A stretch of 64,000 nucleotides of DNA from positions 8,355 to 72,354 of the forward strand of contig JAEUKB010000009.1 of NCBI GenBank assembly GCA_016794365.1, read 5' to 3'. Positions 1 to 9,514 of this stretch are shown in pieces. Origin of the DNA: Myxococcales bacterium (GTDB lineage Bacteria; Myxococcota_A; Polyangia; Palsa-1104; JAEUJZ01). Position numbers and translations under genes: made by a program. Numbering within the stretch: the first letter of the stretch is position 1; every line of letters begins with the position of its first letter. The notes under the pieces are model-generated. The model saw only the letters and a program-made list of their open reading frames with translations, did no database searches and was not told where the DNA came from.

Positions 1-1786
1 TGTAGGTGGCCAGATCGCTTGGGGCGGGCAGGTTGCGATCGATGTAGTGCTGGATTCGCTCGGGGCCGCCGTCGCCTTTGTTCAGCCCGGAGATCACGCT
101 GATGCCATCGGGTGGAAAGCCCAGGCCTTTGGTCAAGGTTGCCAGCGAGGGAACGCCCTGCATCCCGAACTCGCTGACGAAGCGACCGCAGAGCGCGTCG
201 TAGTCCTGGTAGTCGCGCTGGGGAGAGTGCCAGACCTCCCAGATGTGGCGGTCGCCGTCTTCGCGATCGTTGGGGTCGCTGCTCTGTCTACCGTACGGGC
301 TGCCGGGCCAGTAGCTGCGCTCGGGGTCGCACGCGCCGCAGACCTCGCGCAGCGTCTCTTCGTAGATCGTTCGTCCATCAAAGCAAACCGGCTCATCGGG
401 AGCGGCAGGCGCGGGAATGTCGCTGCGCGGTCCGTCATAGAGGTTGTTTGAGCGTGCGATGGCGTAGTCTTCGTTGTTGCCTGCCCAGATGACCAGGCTT
501 GGGTGATGACGCAGGCGCACGATGGCTTGGCGGGCTTCTTCGGCCACGCTGTCGGCAAAGGCGCGGTGTCCGGGATACAGACCACAGGCAAAGGCGAAGT
601 CCTGAAAGACCAGCAGTCCTTTTTCATCGCACAGGTCGTAAAAGTCGTCGGATTCGTAGATTCCGCCGCCCCAGACCCGCAGCATCGTCATGTGGGCTGC
701 GATCGCTTCATCGAGCAGGGTCGCGACCTGATCGCGCGCAATACGGGGGAGCGACAGCTCGGGCGGAATCCAGTTGGCCCCGCCGCAGAAGATGGGCCGG
801 TTGTTGACGAGGAAGTAGAAGCTTTCGCCATCGCTGTTTTGGACAAAGTCTTGCTGAAGCTGGACGCGCCGGGCACCCAGCCGCAGGGTCTTTTGCTCCA
901 GGACTTCACCTTCGTGATGCACCGTCAGTTCGCAGCGGTACAGCGGCTGCGGTCCGTGTCCGACCGGCCACCAGAGCTGTGGGGACTTGATGACCAGGCT
1001 GCGCCAGAGCTGACCGCCGGTTCCTGGCAGGGAGTCGGTGTCGGAGAAGATCTCCTGCCCTTGCGGATCGAGGACGCGCAGGGTGACTGTCAGGACTTCG
1101 ATGTCGGGCAGGTCGCCGTGTAAGACAGGGTGCAGGGTCAGTGTGGCCTCGGACAGGTCTTCGGACACGGTGAGCGGGCAGCGCAGCTCCAGCAGGCGGA
1201 CCGATCTGCCGTCCAGCACAATCGGACGCCATGGACCGGATGACAGAAGGGGCGGTCCAAAGTCCCAGCCGAAGTGATGCTGCGCTTTGCGGACGTAGAC
1301 GCGGCTGGGGTCGCCGTTCCAGACCTTGCGGACGCCGTAGCGCTTTTGGCGGTCTTTCCCGGCGCGCAGCGCGGACGAAAACACGATCACCAGCTCTTGC
1401 TCACCCTCGCGTAGCTTGTCCGCGCAAGGTAGGTAGTGCTCGCAGAACATGTTGTCGGTCTGGGCCAGCTTGTGACCGTTGAGCCAGATCTCAGCAAAGG
1501 TATCGAGTCCCTCGCAGCGGAGGCGCAGGGGTCCGTTTCGTAGCGGCTCAGGGACGGAAAAGCGCAGCCGATAGATGAAGTCTTGCTCAAAGCTCGGGGT
1601 TAGCTTGGGCAGGCTGGGAGACTCATACGGGCTTGGGATCAGTCCGGCTTGCCACAGGGCATCGTGGGCGATGCCGGGTACCGATGCGGGCAGCCAGCCT
1701 TGGTCATCGGCGAGGTCTTCCGCCAGAGACAGGCTGTGATTGCGCACCTTCAGGAGCCAACCTTGCGACAGTGACAACTCACGCAT
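1..1786 (-). CDS. Glycoside hydrolase family 2 beta-mannosidase (C-terminus runs off window edge)
   Basis: Reverse-strand translation from ATG (complement of 1784-1786) reads MRELSLSQGWLLKVRNHSL... and includes RVWGGGIYE and VIWAGNNE (GH2 acid/base NE motif). It is continuous to position 1. No stop occurs in the window, which is why it is absent from the M-to-stop ORF track. Confidence 0.8.
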   Translation of the reverse strand, partial: MRELSLSQGWLLKVRNHSLSLAEDLADDQGWLPASVPGIAHDALWQAGLIPSPYESPSLPKLTPSFEQDFIYRLRFSVPEPLRNGPLRLRCEGLDTFAEIWLNGHKLAQTDNMFCEHYLPCADKLREGEQELVIVFSSALRAGKDRQKRYGVRKVWNGDPSRVYVRKAQHHFGWDFGPPLLSSGPWRPIVLDGRSVRLLELRCPLTVSEDLSEATLTLHPVLHGDLPDIEVLTVTLRVLDPQGQEIFSDTDSLPGTGGQLWRSLVIKSPQLWWPVGHGPQPLYRCELTVHHEGEVLEQKTLRLGARRVQLQQDFVQNSDGESFYFLVNNRPIFCGGANWIPPELSLPRIARDQVATLLDEAIAAHMTMLRVWGGGIYESDDFYDLCDEKGLLVFQDFAFACGLYPGHRAFADSVAEEARQAIVRLRHHPSLVIWAGNNEDYAIARSNNLYDGPRSDIPAPAAPDEPVCFDGRTIYEETLREVCGACDPERSYWPGSPYGRQSSDPNDREDGDRHIWEVWHSPQRDYQDYDALCGRFVSEFGMQGVPSLATLTKGLGFPPDGISVISGLNKGDGGPERIQHYIDRNLPAPSDLATY

Positions 1787-1869
1787 GGTGACGAGCAAAA
1801 CACGGCAAGCGGCAAGCTGTCCAGCGGGGCCACGGTCCGCTGCGGCTGCGCAGACGTAGCAGCAGGGGG

Positions 1870-2451
1870 CTACAGCGGGCTCGGGCTGACCAGACCCAGT
1901 GGCGGCATGACCGCAGTGCGGTGGGCGTCTTCACGCAGCTTGCGAGCGGCCATCACGATGTGGGCGCAGGCGTTGGCATCCGACAAGGCGTCGTGGTGGT
2001 TTAAGGGAACTTGCAAGCGCGCGGCCACGACCGCAAGCCCGGTGGGATAGATGCCCAGTACGCGGCGTGCCATGTGCATGGTGCAGACAAACGGCAGCTT
2101 GGGCGGATGGAGTCCCGCTTCGGCCAAGCAGGCGCGCAGCACGCCGCGATCGAAGCTTGCGTTGTGGGCGGCAATGAAGACCGCATCGTCAAACAGCGGC
2201 AACAGCTCGTGCCAGACTTCGGCAAAGCGCGGCGCGGTCTTGACCATGTCCCAGGTGATGCCGTGGATGTCGGTAAAGGCAAACCAGCGTGAGGGCGGAC
2301 GAATCAAGCGGCTCTGGGCTGCGACGACCTGATCGTCTTCGACGCGCACCACTCCGATGGCGCAGGCACTGTCCGGCTTGTGGTTGGCGGTCTCAAAGTC
2401 GAGGGCAACAAACGCTCGTGGCATGACGTGTCCGTGTCCACGACATAGCAC
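1870..2451 (-). CDS. DEDDh-family 3'-5' exonuclease (DnaQ/epsilon-like)
   Basis: Exo I motif ALDFETA, Exo II HNASFD and Exo III HHDALSDA are present. A likely alternative start is MPRAFVALDFETA at 2424. Confidence 0.75.
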   Translation of the reverse strand: MLCRGHGHVMPRAFVALDFETANHKPDSACAIGVVRVEDDQVVAAQSRLIRPPSRWFAFTDIHGITWDMVKTAPRFAEVWHELLPLFDDAVFIAAHNASFDRGVLRACLAEAGLHPPKLPFVCTMHMARRVLGIYPTGLAVVAARLQVPLNHHDALSDANACAHIVMAARKLREDAHRTAVMPPLGLVSPSPL

Positions 2452-2496
2452 GAGCAGCTTGCGTTCGCTTTGGCGAAGCGTGCGCAGTGCGACTTC

Positions 2497-4086
2497 TTAT
2501 CCGGGCGCAGCGTGAGCCTCCGAGCCAGCCCGCGATGCGTCCCGCAGTCGAGCGGCCTGGGCGCTGATGTCGGCTTTTTGTTCAGCGGACAGGCGCGACA
2601 GGTTCTTGACCTGCATGACCATGCGCGGGTTTTTGGACAGCCGCGACTCATGACGGAGCAGAAAGTCCCAGTACAGCGTCGTAAACGGACAGGCGGAAGG
2701 CCCGACCGAGACGGCAGGATCGAAGCGGCAGCCCTGGCAGTGGTTGCTCATGCGCTGGATGTACTTGCCGGATGCTGCGTAGGGCTTGCTGCCGAGCAGT
2801 CCTCCGTCTGCAAATTGGCTCATTCCGAGCGTGTTGGGCAGCTCGACCCACTCGATGGCATCGACGTAGACCGACAGATACCACTCGTGGACTTGCTGCG
2901 GGGTGACGCCGAGCAGCAGCGCATACAGGCCGGTTACCATCAGCCGCTGGATGTGATGCGCGTAGCCAAAGCGCAGGGTCTGGCGGATGACATCGCGCAA
3001 GCAGGCCATGTCGGTGTCGCCGGTCCAGTAGAACGCGGGCAGCGGCTCGTGGGCCGCTAGCTCGTTTTTGTGTAGATAGCCGGGCATCTGGGTGAAGTAG
3101 ATGCCTCGGACATACTCACGCCAGCCGAGGATCTGACGGACAAAGCCTTCGGTCGCCGCCAAGGGAACCCGTCCCGCCGCAAAGGCGTCCAGTGTCGCAG
3201 CGATGACTTCCCGAGGATCGAGCAGCTTCAGGTTCATCGCCGCCGAGAGGTGCGAGTGATAGAGCCACGCTTGCCCTTCCCACATCGCGTCTTGGTAGCG
3301 GCCAAAGTCGGGCAGGCGGTGCGTGACAAACTCCGCAAGGGCTGTCTGCGCCTGCGCGCGCGTCACTGGCCAGGCAAAGTCATCAAGCGTCCCCGGATGC
3401 GAGGCAAAGCGTGCGTTCACCAGCGCAATCACCTGCTGCGTGATCTCATCGGGCGGAAACCGCGTTGGTGGAGGCACAAGACCCGGACCCTTGTGGCCAA
3501 ACGACTCGCGGTTGTCTTCGTCATAGTTCCACTGTCCGCCGAGCGGCTTGTTTCCGTCCATCAAGATGCCGGTCTTTTGCCGGAGCTCGCGATAGAAAAA
3601 CTCCAGGCGAAGCTGCTTCCGTCCGGCGGCATGCGCGGCAAAGTCGGCGACGGTGCTGTAGAAGTGTCGATCGGTCCGTACGAGCAGCGGCACCTTACAG
3701 TCCTGGGCCACCGCTTCCAGGGCAGTGCGCACCCGCAGATCACCTGGCTCGGTCACAATCAGCGCCTTGGGCTTGTGCGTCTGAAGGGTCTGCCGGAGCA
3801 CTTCGGCCAAGCTGCCGGGATTTTTGTCGTCATCGAGCTTCGTATACAGAAGGGGCCGTGCCAGCTCCGTCAGGCGGAGCGCAAAGTGCCGCATGGCGGT
3901 CAGAAACAGGGCGGTGCGCTGTTTGCTGGACCAGATGTGGGTAGACTCTTCGGCGACTTCGGCCATCCACACGGCGTCGCAGTCGCTGGAAAAGCCATCA
4001 AAGGCGGCGGCCTGTTCGTCGAGCTGATCACCGAGAACGACGACCAGATGACGGAGCGGGCGGGGAATCGGCAACGTGGGCTGCAT
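2497..4086 (-). CDS. Cryptochrome/photolyase-family protein, FeS-BCP/PhrB-like ((6-4) photolyase-related)
   Basis: A 529-aa protein with an N-terminal LVVVLGDQL photolyase fold and FAD-binding region, plus a C-terminal Cys cluster NHCQGCRFDP...C typical of bacterial FeS cryptochrome/photolyases. Confidence 0.8.
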   Translation of the reverse strand: MQPTLPIPRPLRHLVVVLGDQLDEQAAAFDGFSSDCDAVWMAEVAEESTHIWSSKQRTALFLTAMRHFALRLTELARPLLYTKLDDDKNPGSLAEVLRQTLQTHKPKALIVTEPGDLRVRTALEAVAQDCKVPLLVRTDRHFYSTVADFAAHAAGRKQLRLEFFYRELRQKTGILMDGNKPLGGQWNYDEDNRESFGHKGPGLVPPPTRFPPDEITQQVIALVNARFASHPGTLDDFAWPVTRAQAQTALAEFVTHRLPDFGRYQDAMWEGQAWLYHSHLSAAMNLKLLDPREVIAATLDAFAAGRVPLAATEGFVRQILGWREYVRGIYFTQMPGYLHKNELAAHEPLPAFYWTGDTDMACLRDVIRQTLRFGYAHHIQRLMVTGLYALLLGVTPQQVHEWYLSVYVDAIEWVELPNTLGMSQFADGGLLGSKPYAASGKYIQRMSNHCQGCRFDPAVSVGPSACPFTTLYWDFLLRHESRLSKNPRMVMQVKNLSRLSAEQKADISAQAARLRDASRAGSEAHAAPG

Positions 4087-4255
4087 GCTCTGTAGGATGC
4101 TGTCCCACGCGCTTTCGGTTCCGCTGACAGGCGGTTGAGCAGCACTTCACATCATCCCAGGTCTTGGCCCAGGCCTTGCGCCAGGTCATCGGGCGACCGC
4201 AGACCACACACGGTTTGTCGGGCAAGTGGCTCTTGTTGCCGCGAAAGCCAGCCAT
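4028..4255 (-). CDS. DUF2256-type small zinc-ribbon protein (photolyase-associated)
   Basis: Internal ATG at 4253-4255 is preceded by an AAGGA RBS. The protein reads MAGFRGNKSHLPDKPCVVCGRPMTWRKAWAKTWDDVKCCSTACQRNRK (CxxC...CCxxxC). The annotated ORF start at 4393 would add 46 Arg/Ala-rich residues and overlap the upstream gene. Confidence 0.55.
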   Translation of the reverse strand: MAGFRGNKSHLPDKPCVVCGRPMTWRKAWAKTWDDVKCCSTACQRNRKRVGQHPTEHAAHVADSPPAPSSGRRSR

Positions 4256-4284
4256 GAGTCCTTCCGTTCTGGACGGGGCGGCGG

Positions 4285-5580
4285 CTACTTTTCGTGCTTT
4301 TCGTACTTGCCGCCTTTGAACACGTAGCGCGCCTTTTTGTCCTGCCACGGCAGCAGCAAGGGTTCGATGTCTTGGGCGGGCAGCTCTTTCCAAGTGGCTT
4401 CGGAAAATCCTTGGGCAGGCTCGGGGGTCAGCTCGATGTCGGTGCCCTTGCCTTTTTTGACGAAGTCCACCTTGACCGACAGCTTGTTTTTGCCCTGTTC
4501 CTTGGCGACTTCTCCGGCGAAGACCGGCTGAAAGCGGCTGCCATCTAGCTTGTACAGCTTGAGGACTTCGCGGTTGCCGCTGGCGCTGTGCTCGATGACA
4601 CGGGCGGCGACAGCAAAGTGTTCAGCGTCCAGCGCGACAAGCTGCACATCGGTCACGTCTTTGCGCGAAGTGGCCAGCTCTTGATAGCAGTAGCCCTTGC
4701 CCAAAAAAGCCAGGTACTTACCGACAGCGACAACCTTGCCTGGGCCTTCTCCGACGTTGGCGTTCTTGTTGAAGAAGACATCGCTTTCGGACAGCTTCAG
4801 GTCGCTCAGCAGCTCGCTGTACGCGGAGTGTCCTTCCTCAAAGCCGATTTCCGACAGATCCGATCCGTCTTCCACTGCCGAGGTCTGGGCGTAGCTCTGC
4901 TTTTCTTTGCCGCTGCCATCGCTGTCATTGACCAGCACGGCGAACTTGAGCGGCGCGCCGTCTCGGTAACCGGGAATGATCTTCTTGGGCATGCGCAGCT
5001 CGACCGCGTAACCGCGCTGCTGCATGGCGTCGTAGACTTCGATGGCTGGCGGGCCTTTGAGCGGCTTGAGCCGTCCGACCGGGCCTTCGCCTTGGATCAC
5101 CTTGGGCGCTTTCTTCGCTTCCCACTTGATGATGCGCGGGAGCTTCTGGGACGGAACGCCCGGCCACAGTCGCATGCGCTCGATGCGCTCTAGCTCACCG
5201 GACTTGCTGACCAGGCCAAAGGCGAACTGGATGTGGTCTTCTTCCATGCCACCGGACTTGGTGCGGACCATCTGTTCGTCATCGACATCGACCATCAGAT
5301 AGACGTTCTTGTCGTCGTAGTTGCAGTAGACCTTGACCCCGAGCGTGCGGGGCGCAGCAGCAAGTCCTGGGGCGATCTTGGGAATGATGGGCGTGACGCC
5401 GTCCCAGTCGGAAGTGAGCCCGTCTACGTGAATGGTTCCCGCTTCGACCAGCCCGCAGGGAATGGTTGGCGCATCGGCGGCGGCACTTGGGGAATACAGC
5501 GTGCTACCCAGGGCAGCGGCAGTCGCCAAAGCTCCGAGAACAAGTCGAGGAAGAAGCGCTGCCGAACGTCGTCTGTGCAT
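4285..5580 (-). CDS. Secreted hypothetical protein
   Basis: Start is MHRRRSAALLPRLVLGALATAAALG, a signal peptide. No recognisable catalytic motif. Confidence 0.5.
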   Translation of the reverse strand: MHRRRSAALLPRLVLGALATAAALGSTLYSPSAAADAPTIPCGLVEAGTIHVDGLTSDWDGVTPIIPKIAPGLAAAPRTLGVKVYCNYDDKNVYLMVDVDDEQMVRTKSGGMEEDHIQFAFGLVSKSGELERIERMRLWPGVPSQKLPRIIKWEAKKAPKVIQGEGPVGRLKPLKGPPAIEVYDAMQQRGYAVELRMPKKIIPGYRDGAPLKFAVLVNDSDGSGKEKQSYAQTSAVEDGSDLSEIGFEEGHSAYSELLSDLKLSESDVFFNKNANVGEGPGKVVAVGKYLAFLGKGYCYQELATSRKDVTDVQLVALDAEHFAVAARVIEHSASGNREVLKLYKLDGSRFQPVFAGEVAKEQGKNKLSVKVDFVKKGKGTDIELTPEPAQGFSEATWKELPAQDIEPLLLPWQDKKARYVFKGGKYEKHEK

Positions 5581-5692
5581 GGCCGCAGTATATCGAACGC
5601 GATGGCGCGACTGGATAGCCGGTCGAACGCCAAACAACCACCGCAAGATAGCGACTTGCTTGACGGCGGCTCGCTTTGTTATCTGTGGCGCG

Positions 5693-6640
5693 ATGCAATA
5701 TCGAGAGCTTCGGATCGAAGTCGCAGCGCTCCACGCTGAGCCGCTGTGTACGCTGCTGGGAGAGCGACTGCTTCCCTTTCAAGAGTGCGACCAAGGAACG
5801 CTGGATGCGCCGCCGGTGGGTCGGACTCGCTTTCACCTGTACCTTGATGATGCCCAGGTGGCGGAAGTCGATGAGCTGCTCTGCGCCGTGCATGAGCTGG
5901 TGACCGATGGCAGCGACATCATTGTCGAGCAGCGCGATCGGGATGACTCAGAGTGGCGCGATGTCTGGAAGCAGTACTTTGCCACCCGGCGGATTGGTCG
6001 GATTGCGATCGTCCCCAGCTGGGAATCGGAAGCGCACACGCCGCTGCCGGATGAGATCACCTTGCAGCTTGATCCGGGTCGCGCGTTTGGAACGGGCGGG
6101 CACGCTTCGACGCGGCTGTGTCTACACTTGCTCGATAGGCTGGCGGACTATGAAGTGACGCAGCAAGCGCGTGCCTGGCTTGGCAAAGACGAACAGGAAG
6201 ATCCGCAGGCCGAGATCCTGGACGTGGGCTGCGGCTGTGGCGTGCTGGCGTTGGCGGCGCTCAAGCTGTGGCCGAAGTCGCGAGCGCTTGCGATCGACAT
6301 CGATCCCGAAGCGGTGGAAGTGACGCAGGAAAACACCGAGCGCAATCAGCTGACGGCGCGGATGGTGACTTCGACCAAGCGGCTCCAGCGGATCAAGGAA
6401 CAGGTCGCGCTCCAGTTTGGCAACCTGACAGGACCGACGCTGCATCTGCTGTGTGAGGATCTGGTTCGGCACCTGCGTCCCGGCGGAGTGCTGATTGGCT
6501 CTGGCATCCTGACGATCGAATCGGCGGGCGTCATCGAAGCCTTCACCAAGCGGGGACTGGTGCTGGTCGATCACATTCAAGAAGAAGAGTGGTCAGGGAT
6601 TTTGCTGCACAAGCCAAGCGAAGAAGGGGCGGGTCGATAA
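5693..6640 (+). CDS. prmA: Ribosomal protein L11 methyltransferase
   Basis: PrmA signature LDPGRAFGTGGHASTRLCL and SAM-binding motif ILDVGCGCGVLALAA. Start is MQYRELRIEV at ATG 5693. Confidence 0.85.
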   Translation: MQYRELRIEVAALHAEPLCTLLGERLLPFQECDQGTLDAPPVGRTRFHLYLDDAQVAEVDELLCAVHELVTDGSDIIVEQRDRDDSEWRDVWKQYFATRRIGRIAIVPSWESEAHTPLPDEITLQLDPGRAFGTGGHASTRLCLHLLDRLADYEVTQQARAWLGKDEQEDPQAEILDVGCGCGVLALAALKLWPKSRALAIDIDPEAVEVTQENTERNQLTARMVTSTKRLQRIKEQVALQFGNLTGPTLHLLCEDLVRHLRPGGVLIGSGILTIESAGVIEAFTKRGLVLVDHIQEEEWSGILLHKPSEEGAGR

Positions 6641-6643
6641 GAC

Positions 6644-7600
6644 ATGACAAGCGACACAGTGCGATACCGATGGCTGGATGGCGAGTTTGCACGACTGATG
6701 CTGCGCGGCCAAGACCGGGTGCGGTTCTTGAGCGGCATGGTGACCTGTGATGTCAAAGGGCTGGGGCCGCAGGCGGGAACCTACGGCGCGCTGCTGACGG
6801 TCAAAGGCAAGGTGGTTTCGGATCTGCTGGTTGCGAACCGAAGCGGGGACGATCTGCTGCTGCTGGTTCGATCGTTTGTGGCCAAGCACGTCATGGATTC
6901 GCTCGACCGCTACATCATTGTCGATGACGCGGTGCTCACCGATGAGAGCGAAGCGCTGGCTCACTTGGGGGTCTACGGCGTCCGCGCACTGGCTGTGCTC
7001 ACGGGCGATCCGGCGGCGAGCCTGGAGCCGTATCAGCTGCGCGCGCTGGACGGTGCGTGGCTGTGGGCTTGTCGCGAGCTGGGGCCAGAGAGCGTTCATG
7101 TCATCGGACCTGCTGCTGCGGTGGCGGCCATTGAACAGAGGCTCAGCGCGGCGGGGGCTCAGGAGTTGTCCTCATCCGATGCGGAAGTGCTGCGTGTCGA
7201 GTCCGGTCGTCCGCGCATGGGTGTGGACTTCGATGAAGAGCGCCTGCCACAAGAGGCCGCACTCGATGACGCGCTGTGCTTCACCAAGGGCTGCTTTTTG
7301 GGCCAAGAGGTGGTGGTGCGGCTGCGTGATCGGGGACAGCTCAATCGGCGCTTGATCGGGCTGCGGCTGCGTGGGGACGCGCTGCCGACTGCGCACTGTA
7401 AGCTGTCGCACCCAAGCCGTCCGCAAGCGGGAGAGCTGACCTCTGTGGTGCTGTCGGCACGCCTCGGACCGATTGCCCTTGGCTACGTCCATCGGACGTG
7501 CTGGGAACCGGGAACAGAGCTTGCGGTGACAGATGCCGAAGGCCAACCCTTGGGCTGCACTGCGATTGTGACGCCGCTGCCGTTTCCTCCGGCCTGGTGA
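6644..7600 (+). CDS. ygfZ: YgfZ/GcvT-like folate-binding protein (tRNA-modifying, Fe-S cluster-associated)
   Basis: CFTKGCFLGQE matches the YgfZ K-G-C-[FY]-x-GQE signature. The fold is aminomethyltransferase-like. Confidence 0.75.
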   Translation: MTSDTVRYRWLDGEFARLMLRGQDRVRFLSGMVTCDVKGLGPQAGTYGALLTVKGKVVSDLLVANRSGDDLLLLVRSFVAKHVMDSLDRYIIVDDAVLTDESEALAHLGVYGVRALAVLTGDPAASLEPYQLRALDGAWLWACRELGPESVHVIGPAAAVAAIEQRLSAAGAQELSSSDAEVLRVESGRPRMGVDFDEERLPQEAALDDALCFTKGCFLGQEVVVRLRDRGQLNRRLIGLRLRGDALPTAHCKLSHPSRPQAGELTSVVLSARLGPIALGYVHRTCWEPGTELAVTDAEGQPLGCTAIVTPLPFPPAW

Positions 7601-7664
7601 TCCGACAACGGCGCGCAATCCGTCTGCGCTCCCGCTATGCTGTACAGCAGAAGGAGGTGAGCGA

Positions 7665-8891
7665 ATGGACGCGATCTACATCATCCTGGCCATTCCGGTT
7701 TTCATCCTAAGCATCCTGATCGAGCTAGCGTACGACCGCTATCGACGCACCGGGCTGTACAACTTCGCAGACACCATTTCATGTCTAAGCTGCGGGGTGG
7801 GACAGCAAATCCTTCTGCCGTTTACCGGCATGCTGGGTCTGTGGGTCTATCAGGTCGTTCAGGCGCGCTGTGGACTCTTTACGATCTCGCCGAGTGCGCT
7901 GTGGGCGTGGGTCGTGATGTTCCTGATCGATGACTTTCTGTACTACCTGTACCACTGGGGATCGCATCGGGTGAACATCCTGTGGGCGACGCATGCAGTC
8001 CACCATCAGAGCGAGGAATACAACCTCTCTGTGGCCCTGCGGCAGAGCTGGTTTACTTCGCTGACAAGCTGGGTGTTTTACCTGCCGCTGGCGCTGCTTG
8101 GCTTTCCGCTTCTCATGTTTGTGATCGTGCGGACCTTCAACACGCTGTATCAGTTCTGGATTCATACGCGCGCGGTCGGAAAGCTCGGGTTTCTGGAGTC
8201 CTTCCTCAACACGCCGTCCCACCATCGTGTGCATCACGGAATCAATCCCAAGTACATCGATCGGAATCACGCGGGCATCTTGATCATTTGGGACAAGCTG
8301 CTCGGGACGTTTCAGCAGGAAGAGGAAGAGCCGGTCTACGGAACGGTGAAGCCGCTGGCGAGCTTCAATCCGGTGTGGGCCAACTTCGCAGAGCTAGAGC
8401 GGCTGTGGGACATCTCGTGTCGGACCCGGCGGCTGCGTGACAAGATCTGGATCTGGTTTGCGCCGCCAGAGTGGCATCCCGCAGACCTCGGTGGCGTGGT
8501 GGTGATTCCGCAAGCGAGCCGCGCGACCCAGCGCAAGTATCAGGTCAGTCAGCCGCTCGGCGTCAGCCTGTACACCGTCCTCAGCTTTGCGGTGCTGCTT
8601 GCGGCCAGCACGCTGTTTATCTACATCGCACCCAATCTCTCGCCCGCGCTACAGCTTCTGTGTATTGCCCACTTGGTGGTGGGACTTGCTGCATGTAGTG
8701 CGCTGGAAGAAGGAAAGTCTTGGGGAAAGACCGTCGAGCTTATGCGCTTTGTGGCGCTGCTCGGATCGCTGCCGCTCATTCCGGCTGTGTATCAGCTGGG
8801 CGTGCTGACGACGATCGCGGTACACCTCACGCTGTTTGCGCTGCTGCGACGTGGCAAGGCGCTGTCTTTGGACCAGGTGTCCCCGCTGTAG
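7665..8891 (+). CDS. Fatty acid hydroxylase / sterol desaturase superfamily membrane enzyme
   Basis: Three histidine boxes: HWGSH, HAVHHQSEEYN and HHRVHHG. Multiple TM helices. Confidence 0.8.
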   Translation: MDAIYIILAIPVFILSILIELAYDRYRRTGLYNFADTISCLSCGVGQQILLPFTGMLGLWVYQVVQARCGLFTISPSALWAWVVMFLIDDFLYYLYHWGSHRVNILWATHAVHHQSEEYNLSVALRQSWFTSLTSWVFYLPLALLGFPLLMFVIVRTFNTLYQFWIHTRAVGKLGFLESFLNTPSHHRVHHGINPKYIDRNHAGILIIWDKLLGTFQQEEEEPVYGTVKPLASFNPVWANFAELERLWDISCRTRRLRDKIWIWFAPPEWHPADLGGVVVIPQASRATQRKYQVSQPLGVSLYTVLSFAVLLAASTLFIYIAPNLSPALQLLCIAHLVVGLAACSALEEGKSWGKTVELMRFVALLGSLPLIPAVYQLGVLTTIAVHLTLFALLRRGKALSLDQVSPL

Positions 8892-8984
8892 CCTGCGGCG
8901 CTGCCCTTCCGATCGGCGGCCTGCTTTCTTGCCGCCACACCCTTGGCTGCCGTCTTTCCTTCCACGCGGCGGCATCCAAGGGTC

Positions 8985-9374
8985 ATGAGCACATCCCAAG
9001 TCACTGTGTATTTTGATGGTGCGTGTCATCTCTGTTCGCGTGAGATCGAGCACTACCGACAAAAAGATCGCGAAGGGAAGCTGCGCTTTGTGGACATCTC
9101 TCTGTCCGAGTTTTCAGCGGAGACAGAAGGACTGGATCCGGTGCGGGTCCAGCAGGTGATGCATGTCCGTCTTCCTGATGGTGTACTTGTGACCGGCGTG
9201 GATGCGTTTGTCGAGATCTGGAAGGTTCTGCCGGGCTTTGCTGGACTTGCGAAGATGGCCAAGCTGCCGGGCATTCACCTGGGCTTGCGCGTCGGCTATC
9301 AAGGCTTTGCGGCCATCCGTCCGCTGCTTCCCAGGCGCAAGCGGGAGTGTGCGGACGGAGGCTGTGCAGTATAG
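8985..9374 (+). CDS. DCC-family thiol-disulfide oxidoreductase (DUF393)
   Basis: MSTSQVTVYFDGACHLCSREI carries the YFDGxCxLC motif. Confidence 0.7.
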   Translation: MSTSQVTVYFDGACHLCSREIEHYRQKDREGKLRFVDISLSEFSAETEGLDPVRVQQVMHVRLPDGVLVTGVDAFVEIWKVLPGFAGLAKMAKLPGIHLGLRVGYQGFAAIRPLLPRRKRECADGGCAV

Positions 9375-9514
9375 GAAGCGGGTGTGTTCTAGGAACGCCT
9401 CACAAAACCGTCATGAGGAACCCCGGTGGCAAAGAGGAGGACCGGAGCGTACGCAAAGTACGTGAGGACCGCCGATGCAGCCAGCGGGGTCCGCAGTAGG
9501 TTTCGTGCGGCGTT

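Noticed and set aside
4028-4393. Full 121-aa ORF as the DUF2256 gene
   Set aside because: The first 46 residues are Arg/Ala-rich and would overlap the upstream gene's 3' end by >100 nt. An internal ATG with an AAGGA RBS gives the conserved zinc-ribbon protein, so I annotated 4028-4255.
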